A model generated the notes under the pieces. That model was given only the letters and a program-made list of their open reading frames with translations, did no database searches and was not told the origin of the DNA. Shown here piece by piece: positions 48,833 through 57,781 of a stretch of DNA of 64,000 nucleotides. The stretch is from Bryobacteraceae bacterium (GTDB lineage: Bacteria; Acidobacteriota; Terriglobia; Bryobacterales; Bryobacteraceae), in NCBI GenBank assembly GCA_035546955.1, contig DASZVV010000251.1:18353-82352 (forward strand), given 5' to 3'. How positions within the stretch are numbered: the stretch's first letter is position 1; every line of letters begins with the position of its first letter. Made by a program: the position numbers and the translations under genes.

Positions 48833-50122
48833 TTAGATTCCGGTAAGAGTCTGCAAGGCCGCAAGGGCAAGGCGGTAGCGGCTGAGCCCGTCGTCGTGCG
48901 CGTTGCGCGCTTGAGCGAGCGTGGACTGCGCGTCGGTGACTTCCAGCGCGGTGGCCTCGCCCGCCTGGTAGCGAAGCAGCGTCAAGCGCAAGGATTCGAC
49001 GGCGAGGTCCAGTGAGTGCTGGAGAGACGCCAGTTGCAGATGGGCGGATTCGGCCTCGCGATAGCCGGCGTCCAGGTTGGCGAGTAGCTCGCGCTGCGTG
49101 AGGGTGAGATCGAGGCGTGCCTGCTCGCGCCGTAGCTTGGCCTGCCGGACGCGGCTTTGGGTGGCGCCCCAATTCCAGAGCGGAATAATGAGGGAGCCCT
49201 GCGCCGAATACGCCAGATTGCGCGCGCCATCCGGCGCATGGATGGCGAATTGGTTGGCGTTGATGCCATAAAACACATCGAAGGAGAGAGTGGGTAGGTA
49301 CTCCGCGCGGGCGGAAGCAACCGAATAGTCCTCCTGGCGCAGAGTAGCCTGGGCCGCGCGAATGGTGGGGTTATTTCGCGCGGCCAGCGCGCGGACCTCG
49401 GGGAGCGTGGCGAGGTCCGGCGGCCGGTCCAGATCATCCACGATGCGGAAGGGTGTGGTGTAATCCGGGAAAAGCAGAATCGCGAGCGTGATGCGCGCTT
49501 TCTCGCCCGCAAGCTCGGCATCCTGGAGATCCCGGCGGCGCTGCTCCACCGTGAGCTGCGCCTTGACGACATCCGCTCGCGCCACTTCGCCGCCTTGCTC
49601 CTGCCTGCTGGTAAGAGTCGCGAACTCTTCGGCCTCGGTGAGAGTTTTACGGGCGTTTGCGGATTTGCGATCCGCCAGCACGAGGGCATAATAGCTGCTG
49701 GTAACGGTGGCGACCAGGCCGCGGGCGGCGATTTCCTGCTTTGCGAACGCCGCGGATTCGGCGGCCACCGTTTGGAGGTATCCGGCGCGTTTGGCGAATG
49801 AAAGCTCTTCGTGCACCACCCCCTGGCTGTTGTAAACATGCACGCCGTCGTTTGAGATGAACGCTCCCGAGGGGCGGAGGCCGTCGCCCTGGGTGTGGAT
49901 GTACTGATTGAGATAGTTGAGAGAAGGGAGCAATGAATCCTTGGCCTGTCTCCGGTCTTCGTGCGCGATTTGTGCGGACAGGACAGCCGATTGAAACGAG
50001 GGGCTGTTTTTCCGGGCCAGATCGAGCGCGGTGTTGAGGTCTATGACCCGCGCATCCTGCGCGTGCAAAGGGCCAAAAGACGGGGCGGCGGAAAGGAGAA
50101 GGAATACAAGGCCGGAACGCAT
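48833..50122 (-). CDS. TolC-family outer membrane efflux protein
   Basis: Signal peptide and duplicated OEP repeats. It is first in the TolC-MFP-RND operon, 3 nt upstream of the MFP start. Confidence 0.88.
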   Translation of the reverse strand: MRSGLVFLLLSAAPSFGPLHAQDARVIDLNTALDLARKNSPSFQSAVLSAQIAHEDRRQAKDSLLPSLNYLNQYIHTQGDGLRPSGAFISNDGVHVYNSQGVVHEELSFAKRAGYLQTVAAESAAFAKQEIAARGLVATVTSSYYALVLADRKSANARKTLTEAEEFATLTSRQEQGGEVARADVVKAQLTVEQRRRDLQDAELAGEKARITLAILLFPDYTTPFRIVDDLDRPPDLATLPEVRALAARNNPTIRAAQATLRQEDYSVASARAEYLPTLSFDVFYGINANQFAIHAPDGARNLAYSAQGSLIIPLWNWGATQSRVRQAKLRREQARLDLTLTQRELLANLDAGYREAESAHLQLASLQHSLDLAVESLRLTLLRYQAGEATALEVTDAQSTLAQARNAHDDGLSRYRLALAALQTLTGI

Positions 50123-50149
50123 CCCAAAGGATAGGAGAACAGGCGAAGC

Positions 50150-50165
50150 TGAAAATTAGATGAAA
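50150..50165. promoter_or_regulatory. Direct repeat TGAAA-N6-TGAAA in the efflux / two-component divergent region
   Basis: TGAAA at 50150-50154 and 50161-50165 (11-bp periodicity) in a locally AT-rich patch between the TolC start (50122) and the response regulator start (50234). Confidence 0.3.
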
Positions 50166-50233
50166 CCACGCGGATGCGCTGGCGGTCTTCAGCGGAGATT
50201 CATGTTCCGGCGGTATCTTACAAACGGAGCCGT

Positions 50234-50914
50234 ATGCAGATTCTGGTGGTGGAGGACGAGGCGAAGATGGCGGCATTGCTCCGCCGCGGCCTGGAAGAGG
50301 AGGGGCATGCGGTGGTGCTGTCGTCGAACGGGCAGGAAGGTCTATCCATCGCCCTGACGCATCCCTTCGACGTGATCGTCCTCGATGTCATGCTCCCGAT
50401 GCTCGATGGCATCTCCGTCGCGCGCCGGCTGCGCGAACGGGATAACCGGACACCGATTCTAATGCTGACCGCCCGCGACGCCGAGGGAGACGTCATCGCC
50501 GGGCTTGATTCAGGCGCGGACGACTATCTTACGAAGCCGTTTCCATTTCGCGTTCTGCTGGCGCGCATTCGCGCTGTGTCCCGCCGCGGTCCGATCCCGC
50601 GCGAATCGCTTTTGCGGTTCGAGGATCTTACGCTTGACCCCGCTTCGCGCACCGTCACCCGCGGTGGACGCTCCATCAGCCTTACCCGTACCGAGTTTGT
50701 GCTGCTCGAAACGCTGCTGCGCCGGGCGGGAATGGTGGTGCAGCGGGACGACCTGATCCAGGCCATTTGGGGCTTTGATGGCGAGGTGCAGAACAACACC
50801 CTGGATGTTTTCGTGCGCCTGTTGCGAACGAAGGTCGAATCGGCGGGCGAATCAAAGATTATCCAAACGGTACGTGGCGTAGGGTACTGCGTGAAGGCCG
50901 GGACGGAGGGATAG
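50234..50914 (+). CDS. OmpR/PhoB-family response regulator
   Basis: MQILVVEDE...DVIVLDVMLP...LMLTA receiver domain and a winged-helix C-terminus (TLDVFV..LR.K...IQTVRGVGY). I chose the ATG at 50234 (ACGGAG Shine-Dalgarno) over the track start at 50174. Confidence 0.92.
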   Translation: MQILVVEDEAKMAALLRRGLEEEGHAVVLSSNGQEGLSIALTHPFDVIVLDVMLPMLDGISVARRLRERDNRTPILMLTARDAEGDVIAGLDSGADDYLTKPFPFRVLLARIRAVSRRGPIPRESLLRFEDLTLDPASRTVTRGGRSISLTRTEFVLLETLLRRAGMVVQRDDLIQAIWGFDGEVQNNTLDVFVRLLRTKVESAGESKIIQTVRGVGYCVKAGTEG

Positions 50915-50915
50915 C

Positions 50916-52241
50916 GTGGCGAGCTTTTCCATTCGCTTGCGTCTCACCTTCTGGTATTCGGCCGTGCTGCTGGCCGGCATGGCGCTGTTTGCGGTGAGTT
51001 CCTGGGTCTCGCTGCGGCACGTCTTGTTGTCTTCGCTACGCGCGGAGGCGGAGCGGATCTCCCTCGGTGCGATGAGCATAGTCCGGGAAGAAGGGCTTGA
51101 GGGCGCTCCCATACCGGAGTTCCGCGCGTCTCTTGAATCCTTTGCCGCATCGGCAAAAGATGCCAGGATCGAGGTCCGTAGCGCGGATGGAGCGCTGATT
51201 TTTCCGGAATTCCCGGCGCGGCCGCGGAGCGGGGTTGTGACGGCACGCAACACCGCCGTGGTTCGGGGCCGCGAATATTCGGTCGTGGCGAGCGTCTCAC
51301 GCGCGGAGGTGGACAGCTTGCTCTGGAGTTTTATTTTGGTGTTGTTCGGCGGGTTGCCGCTAACTCTTCTGGCAGCGGCGTTTGGTGGATATTGGATCAG
51401 CCGCCGCGCGCTGGCGCCGGTAGACGCCATGACCGAGGCGGCGAGATCGATCGGCGTTCGCAATTTGTCGCAGAGACTGGCGACGCCCGGAACGGGTGAC
51501 GAGCTTCAACGCCTGGCCGAAACGTGGAATAAAATGCTCGACCGTTTGGAATCCGCGGTAAACCGGCTGGCGCAGTTCACGGCCGATGCGTCTCACGAGC
51601 TGAGAACTCCGGTGGCGCTGATTCGCACCACCGCGGAGTTGACCCTGCGCCGCCGGCGCACCACGGAGGAGTATTGTGAAGCGCTGACGGAAATCCAGGC
51701 GGAATCGGAACGGACGTCGGAGTTGATTGCCGATCTTCTCACGCTTGCGCGCGCCGACGCGGGACAAGGGTCCTTGCCGTTGGAGCCCGCGGACCTTGCG
51801 CCGCTAGTCGAAGAGGCGTGCCGGCAGGGACGTTTACTGGCGGGGGCAAAGCAGGTGCGGCTGGAGGCGTCGGCGCCGGAAGAGGCCGTTTTCGTGGATG
51901 CCAACCCGCCGGCGCTCCGCCGGTTGCTGCTTATCCTGCTCGACAACGCGGTGAAGTACACGCCACGCGGGGGTACGGTTCGCATTTCGGTGAGTGCGGG
52001 CCCTCCGGCGGCGATCACGGTTACCGATACCGGAACGGGCATTCCCGAAAAGGAGCTTTCCCGCATATTTGAACGCTTCTACCGGGCGGATCCTTCGCGC
52101 AATCGCGAGACTGGCGGCAGCGGACTGGGGCTGTCGATCGCGCAATGGATCGCCGAAATGCACGGGGCCGAGATCGGCGCGGAAAGCGCGGAGGGCCAGG
52201 GTTCGGAATTCCGGGTGCGCTTCTCCCGGAGTTCCGCCTAG
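50916..52241 (+). CDS. Sensor histidine kinase (two TM, HAMP, HisKA, HATPase_c)
   Basis: H-box FTADASHELRTP, N-box LLDNAVKYT, G-boxes DTGTGI and GGSGLGLSI. GTG start 1 nt after the regulator stop. Confidence 0.9.
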   Translation: MASFSIRLRLTFWYSAVLLAGMALFAVSSWVSLRHVLLSSLRAEAERISLGAMSIVREEGLEGAPIPEFRASLESFAASAKDARIEVRSADGALIFPEFPARPRSGVVTARNTAVVRGREYSVVASVSRAEVDSLLWSFILVLFGGLPLTLLAAAFGGYWISRRALAPVDAMTEAARSIGVRNLSQRLATPGTGDELQRLAETWNKMLDRLESAVNRLAQFTADASHELRTPVALIRTTAELTLRRRRTTEEYCEALTEIQAESERTSELIADLLTLARADAGQGSLPLEPADLAPLVEEACRQGRLLAGAKQVRLEASAPEEAVFVDANPPALRRLLLILLDNAVKYTPRGGTVRISVSAGPPAAITVTDTGTGIPEKELSRIFERFYRADPSRNRETGGSGLGLSIAQWIAEMHGAEIGAESAEGQGSEFRVRFSRSSA

Positions 52242-52290
52242 GGTCCTGAGACGGCCGGCCCGGGTTTGCTGATCCGCGAGAGAATATAGC

Positions 52291-53766
52291 ATGTCCGATT
52301 CCGAGATTACGCGGCGGCAGGCTGCGGGTATCGTGGGCGCGGCGCTCGCCGCTCCCATGCTGGCGGAAGGCGCTCCCGAGATTTGCTCCCTGACCGCCGT
52401 CGAGATGGCGCGGTTGATTCGTGAGAAAAAGCTCAGCGCCCGCGAGGCGATGGCGGCGCATCTGAAGCGGATCGATCAAATCAATCCCAAGGTCAATGCG
52501 ATCGTGACGCTGGCGGCGGGTCCGGCGATGGAAAATGCCCGCAAAGCCGATGAGGCGCAGGCGAGAGGGGCGGAGTTAGGCCCACTGCACGGGCTTCCGG
52601 TGGCGCACAAGGATCTGGTGGAAACCAAGGGGATGCGCACCACGTTCGGGTCCCTGCTGTTTCGCGATAACGTTCCGGCGCACGATGAGTGGATTGTCGA
52701 ATCGATCCGGAACGCCGGAGCGATTGCCTTGGGCAAGACAAATACGCCGGAATTCGGGGCCGGGTCGCAGACGTTCAACCGCGTCTTTGGAGCCACCAGG
52801 AATCCTTATAACCTGGCCAAAACCTGCGGCGGGAGCAGCGGCGGCGCGGCCGTGAGCCTGGCCTGCGGGATGCTTCCGATCGCCGACGGCAGCGACGCGG
52901 GAGGTTCGCTGCGGAATCCGGCAGCGTTCTGCAATGTCGTGGGTTTTCGCCCATCGCCGGGCCGGGTCGCGTCGCACGGGTGGTCCACGATACCGGTTTA
53001 CGGGCCCATGGCGCGCACCGTTTCCGACGTGGCCCTTTTCCTGAGCGCGATTGCCGGTCCCGACTCTCGATGCCCCATTTCTCTGAGCGAGCCGCCCCAG
53101 CAATTCCGCGAACCGCTCGATCGCGGCTTCAAGGGCACGCGGGTGGCGTGGTTCCGCGACCTGGGTGGAGTCCCCTTCGACCGGCGGGTTCGCGCGGTGG
53201 TGAACTCGCGGCGCAAGGTGTTCGAAGACCTGGGTTGCGTGGTGGAGGAGGCGGAGCCGGATTTCACGGGAGCCGACCAGGCATTCAAGACGTTGCGCGC
53301 CTGGGGATTCGCGGCCGCTCAGGAGGACAATGTCCGGCGTCACCGCGATCTCTTCAAAGACACACTCTTGTGGGAAGTGGATCGCGGCGTGAAGCTGAGT
53401 TCCATGGAGATCGCCCGCGCCGAACTGCTCCGCCTGGAAATCTGGGAGCGCATGCGCGTGTTTATGGGGAAATACGAATACTTCATTCTGCCGACGACGC
53501 AGGTGCCTCCCTTCGACGTGAATCTTCCCTATCCGGAGGAGGTGGACGGAGTCAGAATGGCTACCTACATTGACTGGATGAAAGCGTGCTGGTACATCTC
53601 GACGGTGGAGAATCCGGCGATCTCGGTACCCGCCGGGTTTACTCCCGAAGGCTTGCCGGTGGGTCTGCAGATCGTAGGGCGGCACCGGAAAGACCGGACC
53701 GTGCTTCAGCTTGCCCATGCCTTTACGCAGGCCGTGAACGTGGGGGCGAAGCGGCCGGACGTGTAA
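52291..53766 (+). CDS. Amidase-signature family amidase with Tat-like N-terminus
   Basis: GGSSGGAAVSLA signature and Ser-cisSer-Lys context (AHKDL...GGSLRNPA). N-terminal TRRQAAGIVGAALAAP. Confidence 0.9.
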   Translation: MSDSEITRRQAAGIVGAALAAPMLAEGAPEICSLTAVEMARLIREKKLSAREAMAAHLKRIDQINPKVNAIVTLAAGPAMENARKADEAQARGAELGPLHGLPVAHKDLVETKGMRTTFGSLLFRDNVPAHDEWIVESIRNAGAIALGKTNTPEFGAGSQTFNRVFGATRNPYNLAKTCGGSSGGAAVSLACGMLPIADGSDAGGSLRNPAAFCNVVGFRPSPGRVASHGWSTIPVYGPMARTVSDVALFLSAIAGPDSRCPISLSEPPQQFREPLDRGFKGTRVAWFRDLGGVPFDRRVRAVVNSRRKVFEDLGCVVEEAEPDFTGADQAFKTLRAWGFAAAQEDNVRRHRDLFKDTLLWEVDRGVKLSSMEIARAELLRLEIWERMRVFMGKYEYFILPTTQVPPFDVNLPYPEEVDGVRMATYIDWMKACWYISTVENPAISVPAGFTPEGLPVGLQIVGRHRKDRTVLQLAHAFTQAVNVGAKRPDV

Positions 53767-53792
53767 GCCGTGTTCGCTATCCTGAGATTTGC

Positions 53793-54821
53793 ATGTTTGA
53801 CGATTTCTATGGCAATGCCGGGGCGGCCGGGACGCTATTCCAGATCGCGCAGAGCGGGCGGATTCCCCAGACGCTGCTCCTGGCCGGTCCGGAAGGGATA
53901 GGAAAGGCGACTCTCGCCCGCCGTTTCGCGGCAGCGGTGCTGGGCGGCGCGGACAAGATTGAACGCGACGATCTCAGTCTCGACGCAAACATCGAGGCGA
54001 TCGCCGAGCGTGAGAAGTGGACCGCGGAGAAACGCAACGAAGACCCGCTGCTTTTTTCGTCGCATCCCGATTTTGTAACTTTTCCGCCCGACGGCCCGCT
54101 GCGGCAGATTTCGATTCCTCAAATGCGTCTGCTGAAAGAGCGGGCGCAATTTCAGCCTCTGCAGGGTGGCAGGCGGATCTTTCTGATCGATCACATCGAT
54201 CGCGCGAACGAGCAGGCGGCAAACTCCCTGCTCAAGACGCTGGAGGAGCCGCCTGGGTATCTGGTGATTATCATGACGGCGGAAAACGCCTACGACCTCT
54301 TGCCGACCATCCGGTCGCGCTCGGTGCAAGTTCAACTGGCTCCGCTGGGCGATGAAGAGATGCGCGGTTTTGTGAAGGCCAGGGGGCTCGGCGACCCGGA
54401 GCGGCGAATCGCGCTGGCGGGAGGCAGCCCGGGCCGCGCGGTGACCCTCGATCTCGATGGATACGACCAGCGGCGGGCGGCGATGCTGCGGCTGCTCGAA
54501 ACCGCCGCGGGATCCGCACGCTTCGGGGATTGGGCGAAGGTCGCCGAGACCCTGGCGGCGCGGCGGACGGAAAAGCTGGACCAGTATCTGAAGGTGCTAT
54601 ACCTGCTGTTGGAGGACCTGCTGCTGCTCCTCAACGGCCGGAACGACATTCGCAACCGGGATATCGAGGCCAACCTGAGGGCTCTGGCGGGCAAGGTCAG
54701 CTTCCATTGGATTCGCAACGCGGTGAAAAAATCGGATGAATTAATGGAGTTGATGCGCAGGAATATTCAGAAAAGCATTGCCTTGGATGCGCTCGCCGTA
54801 GAGATGCGGCGGGCGCTGTAG
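53793..54821 (+). CDS. holB: DNA polymerase III subunit delta-prime
   Basis: LLLAGPEGIGKATLARRFA and NSLLKTLEEPP...TIRSRS. I chose the ATG at 53793; the longer track ORF (53586) overlaps the amidase gene. Confidence 0.85.
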   Translation: MFDDFYGNAGAAGTLFQIAQSGRIPQTLLLAGPEGIGKATLARRFAAAVLGGADKIERDDLSLDANIEAIAEREKWTAEKRNEDPLLFSSHPDFVTFPPDGPLRQISIPQMRLLKERAQFQPLQGGRRIFLIDHIDRANEQAANSLLKTLEEPPGYLVIIMTAENAYDLLPTIRSRSVQVQLAPLGDEEMRGFVKARGLGDPERRIALAGGSPGRAVTLDLDGYDQRRAAMLRLLETAAGSARFGDWAKVAETLAARRTEKLDQYLKVLYLLLEDLLLLLNGRNDIRNRDIEANLRALAGKVSFHWIRNAVKKSDELMELMRRNIQKSIALDALAVEMRRAL

Positions 54822-55069
54822 CCCCCTGGTCCCGGCCGGCGCGGTTCCATGCTGGCGCCTCTTGCTTTATGCCGCGCCGGCCCCGGCAGTCCAACCCGCA
54901 CCGCGCCGTCGCGGAAATAATCTGGTGCATAATCTTCTTTTACAGAGCCGGTCCGAACTACTTTTGCAGGAGCTGCAAGGGTGTGGTTCAATAGGGAGTA
55001 GCAGACGCGTAGATACCTGTCCCCTGGCTGAAAAGCCCGGCTAGTTAACACCCTCAAGGGAGTGTTTCC

Positions 55070-55366
55070 GTGGAAACCGCAAACCGTAAGCTCATACGTC
55101 CATCCCTAACTGAAGTGAAAGAACAAATCACCGCAAGGCGCCCGCCGCAAAAGAAGGTCACACCGCCCGAGCAGACCAATGCTGAAAACTTTTACTACAT
55201 GAAACAGATGCAGTCGAAGACGCCGATGGTCATTGTGCTCAAGGACGGAGAGACCCTGAACGGCGTCATCGAGTGGTACGACAAATGTTGCATTAAAGTG
55301 AACCGGGACGAGGGCCCGAATCTTCTGCTCTTTAAATCAAACATCAAATACATGCACAAGGCGTAA
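55070..55366 (+). CDS. Hfq-like Sm-fold protein with N-terminal extension
   Basis: [27 protein letters not shown]......[11 protein letters not shown] fits the Sm1/Sm2 spacing of Hfq. GTG start with AGGGAG upstream. Confidence 0.6.
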   Translation: METANRKLIRPSLTEVKEQITARRPPQKKVTPPEQTNAENFYYMKQMQSKTPMVIVLKDGETLNGVIEWYDKCCIKVNRDEGPNLLLFKSNIKYMHKA

Positions 55367-55369
55367 GGC

Positions 55370-55789
55370 TCAGGAGCGCGGACGTCGTTTTACCCACGTT
55401 TTGACGAACGCGGTTATCTGATCGCCAAGCAGGGAATTTTCGGGGGAGGGACTCAAGAGTCCGGTGCTCACGGAAAATTCGGTAACGCCGTGCCCGGCGG
55501 GCCAGCATTCATTTTCGAAGACGTAGCGGATGAGCAGGCGGTCGCCTCTGTCTTCCACCACGTGAAAACGCACCGAATCGCGCGGCGAATCTTTCGGGAA
55601 ACGCGAGCATCGCGCGCGGCCCTGCCCGGTGTTGCAAACCTCAAACAATAGCGCCCCTTGCGGCGCAAAATATTCCGGAGCGGATGGGTCCGCCGCGCAC
55701 ACGCCGTTCCACGCTTCGCCTAGCGGCAGGCGGGGGTAGGAACCCGACCAATCGGCGGGCGAGCACGGACGAAAATAAGAGCACGGCAT
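55370..55789 (-). CDS. Hypothetical Cys-containing protein
   Basis: I chose the ATG at 55789 so the ORF does not overlap the divergent TPR gene. No recognised motif. The coding call is tentative. Confidence 0.45.
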   Translation of the reverse strand: MPCSYFRPCSPADWSGSYPRLPLGEAWNGVCAADPSAPEYFAPQGALLFEVCNTGQGRARCSRFPKDSPRDSVRFHVVEDRGDRLLIRYVFENECWPAGHGVTEFSVSTGLLSPSPENSLLGDQITAFVKTWVKRRPRS

Positions 55790-55816
55790 CGGCGAGTATA
55801 GTAACAAAAGGGAACC

Positions 55817-56134
55817 ATGGCAGCCAATCGTATAGAGATACTGAAGGCGATGCTGGAGCGGAATCCGGCGGATACTTTCGCGGCATACGCCCTCGCGCAG
55901 GAGTTCGCCAACAGCGGACAACTTGACGCGGCAGTGGAGCAATACCGCCAGGTGATCGCGTCGAATGCCGACTATGCCGCGGCGTATTATCACGGCGGGC
56001 AGGCGTTCGAAAAATTAGACCGTATCGAGGAAGCGCGGGAGATGTACGAAAAGGGAATCGAAGTAACGCGGCGCACCGGCGACGGGCACACGCGCTCGGA
56101 ATTGGAAGCGGCGTTGAGCATGCTTCCCCTATGA
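55817..56134 (+). CDS. Small tetratricopeptide-repeat protein
   Basis: TPR-like helical repeats (AAYALAQEFANSGQLDAAVEQYRQVI; AAYYHGGQAFEKLDRIEEAREMYEKGI). Confidence 0.75.
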   Translation: MAANRIEILKAMLERNPADTFAAYALAQEFANSGQLDAAVEQYRQVIASNADYAAAYYHGGQAFEKLDRIEEAREMYEKGIEVTRRTGDGHTRSELEAALSMLPL

Positions 56135-57762
56135 TCCGGCGGCTCTTTTTCTGGTGCATGATGTCCACGCTGTTGGCAGCGGCCGCGGCCGGTTTTCAGG
56201 AACTGGAGCGCATGACGAAGCGGTTTGCGCCGGTGACCCTGCATCCCGATGAGAGCCGTTTATCCGAGGGCGACCGGAAGGCGCTGGCTAAGCTCAAGGA
56301 GACGGCGGGCGTGATCGACGATATATTCCTCGATCAGCTGTGGAGCGGGAATCAAAGCCTGTACGCGCGCCTGAAGCGGGATCACTCCGCGCTGGGCCGT
56401 GCCCGGCTGCACTATTTTTGGATCAACAAAAGTCCGTGGTCCGATCTCGACGGCCATAAGGCGTTCCTGGACGGCGCGCCGCCGGTGAAGCTTCCCGGCG
56501 CCAATTTCTATCCGGAGGACATGACCCGCGGCGAGTTCGAGGCGTGGGTGAAGACCCTGACCCCCGCGGAAAAAGCGGTGGCGACAGGCTTTTTCAGCGT
56601 GATTCGCCGCGAGAACGGAAAGCTGAAGGCGATTCCTTATAGCCAGGCGTATCGTGCGAACCTCGAACGCGCCACGAAATTGCTGCGGGAGGCGGCCGCG
56701 CTCACCGGGAACGCTTCGCTCCGGAAGTTTCTGACCTTGCGCGCGGAAGCGTTTCTGTCCGACGACTATTATGCGAGCGACCTCGCCTGGATGGACCTGG
56801 ATGCGCCGATTGACGTGACGATTGGCCCCTATGAGACGTACAACGACGAGATCTTCGGCTACAAGGCGGCGTTTGAGGCTTACATCACGCTGCGCGACGA
56901 TGCCGAGACGGAAAAATTGAAATCGTTTGGGAGCCATTTGCAGGAAGTGGAGAATCACCTTCCGATTGAGCCGCGATACCGGAATCCGAAGCTGGCGGCG
57001 CAAGCGCCCATCCGGGTGGTGAACCAGGTTCTGGCGGCGGGCGACGGGGATCATGGCGTCAAAACGGCCGCTTTCAACCTGCCCAACGATGAACGCGTGG
57101 TGGCGCAAAAGGGCAGCAAACGGGTGATGTTGAAGAACGTCCAGGAAGCCAAGTTCGAGACGATTCTGACACCCATTGCGCGGCGAGTGCTCGCGCCGCA
57201 GGCCCGGAGCGATTCGAATTTCGAGGCATTTTTCACGCATATTCTGGCGCACGAACTCAGCCACGGTATCGGGCCGCAGCAGATCCGTGTAGACGGCAGG
57301 GATACGACGCCGCGGCAGGAGATGAAGGAACTCTACAGCGCGATCGAGGAGGCGAAAGCCGACATCACGGGGCTCTTCATGCTGCAGTATTTCTATGATC
57401 ATGGAATTCTGAAGGGCGGGGCGGACGCGGAGCGGCGGCTTTACACGACCTATCTCGCGTCCTCGTTCCGCACGCTGCGCTTTGGGCTGAAGGAAGCGCA
57501 CGGCAAGGGGATGGCGATGCAGTTCAACTACCTGGCCGATCATGGGGCGTTCGTGGAAAATCCGGACGGCACGTTTGCCGTGGACTTTTCGAAGATCAAA
57601 GACGGAGTGCGCGGCCTCACCCACGAACTGTTGACGCTGGAAGCCACCGGGGATTACGCGGGCGCCAAGAAGATGCTGGATAAGCTGGGAGTAATCCGTC
57701 CGGGGATGGCGAAGGCGATTCAAGGGATGAGTGACATCCCGGTGGATATCGACCCCCGTTAG
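56131..57762 (+). CDS. M49-like (dipeptidyl-peptidase III-like) zinc peptidase with pentapeptide HEXXH motif, secreted
   Basis: AHELSHGIG and a downstream EEAKADITG second zinc motif. Signal peptide. The ATG overlaps the TPR gene stop. Confidence 0.8.
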   Translation: MIRRLFFWCMMSTLLAAAAAGFQELERMTKRFAPVTLHPDESRLSEGDRKALAKLKETAGVIDDIFLDQLWSGNQSLYARLKRDHSALGRARLHYFWINKSPWSDLDGHKAFLDGAPPVKLPGANFYPEDMTRGEFEAWVKTLTPAEKAVATGFFSVIRRENGKLKAIPYSQAYRANLERATKLLREAAALTGNASLRKFLTLRAEAFLSDDYYASDLAWMDLDAPIDVTIGPYETYNDEIFGYKAAFEAYITLRDDAETEKLKSFGSHLQEVENHLPIEPRYRNPKLAAQAPIRVVNQVLAAGDGDHGVKTAAFNLPNDERVVAQKGSKRVMLKNVQEAKFETILTPIARRVLAPQARSDSNFEAFFTHILAHELSHGIGPQQIRVDGRDTTPRQEMKELYSAIEEAKADITGLFMLQYFYDHGILKGGADAERRLYTTYLASSFRTLRFGLKEAHGKGMAMQFNYLADHGAFVENPDGTFAVDFSKIKDGVRGLTHELLTLEATGDYAGAKKMLDKLGVIRPGMAKAIQGMSDIPVDIDPR

Positions 57763-57781
57763 CCTCAGCTAAGCGCGATTC

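Noticed and set aside
44547-50122. Considered calling the RND operon a heavy-metal (CzcCBA/CusCBA-type) efflux system because of the adjacent CusS-like kinase.
   Set aside because: TM4 of the pump carries GLVIDDAIVVVEN (the AcrB-like DD motif) rather than the DFG-x3-DGA-x3-VEN motif of metal pumps, so only the generic RND call is supported.
54822-55069. Small ORFs in the holB/hfq-like intergenic region (54862-55044 plus strand, 54767-55057 minus strand).
   Set aside because: Their composition is low in complexity and Arg/Pro-rich, they have no Shine-Dalgarno sequence or motifs, and they overlap each other on opposite strands. They are more likely non-coding.
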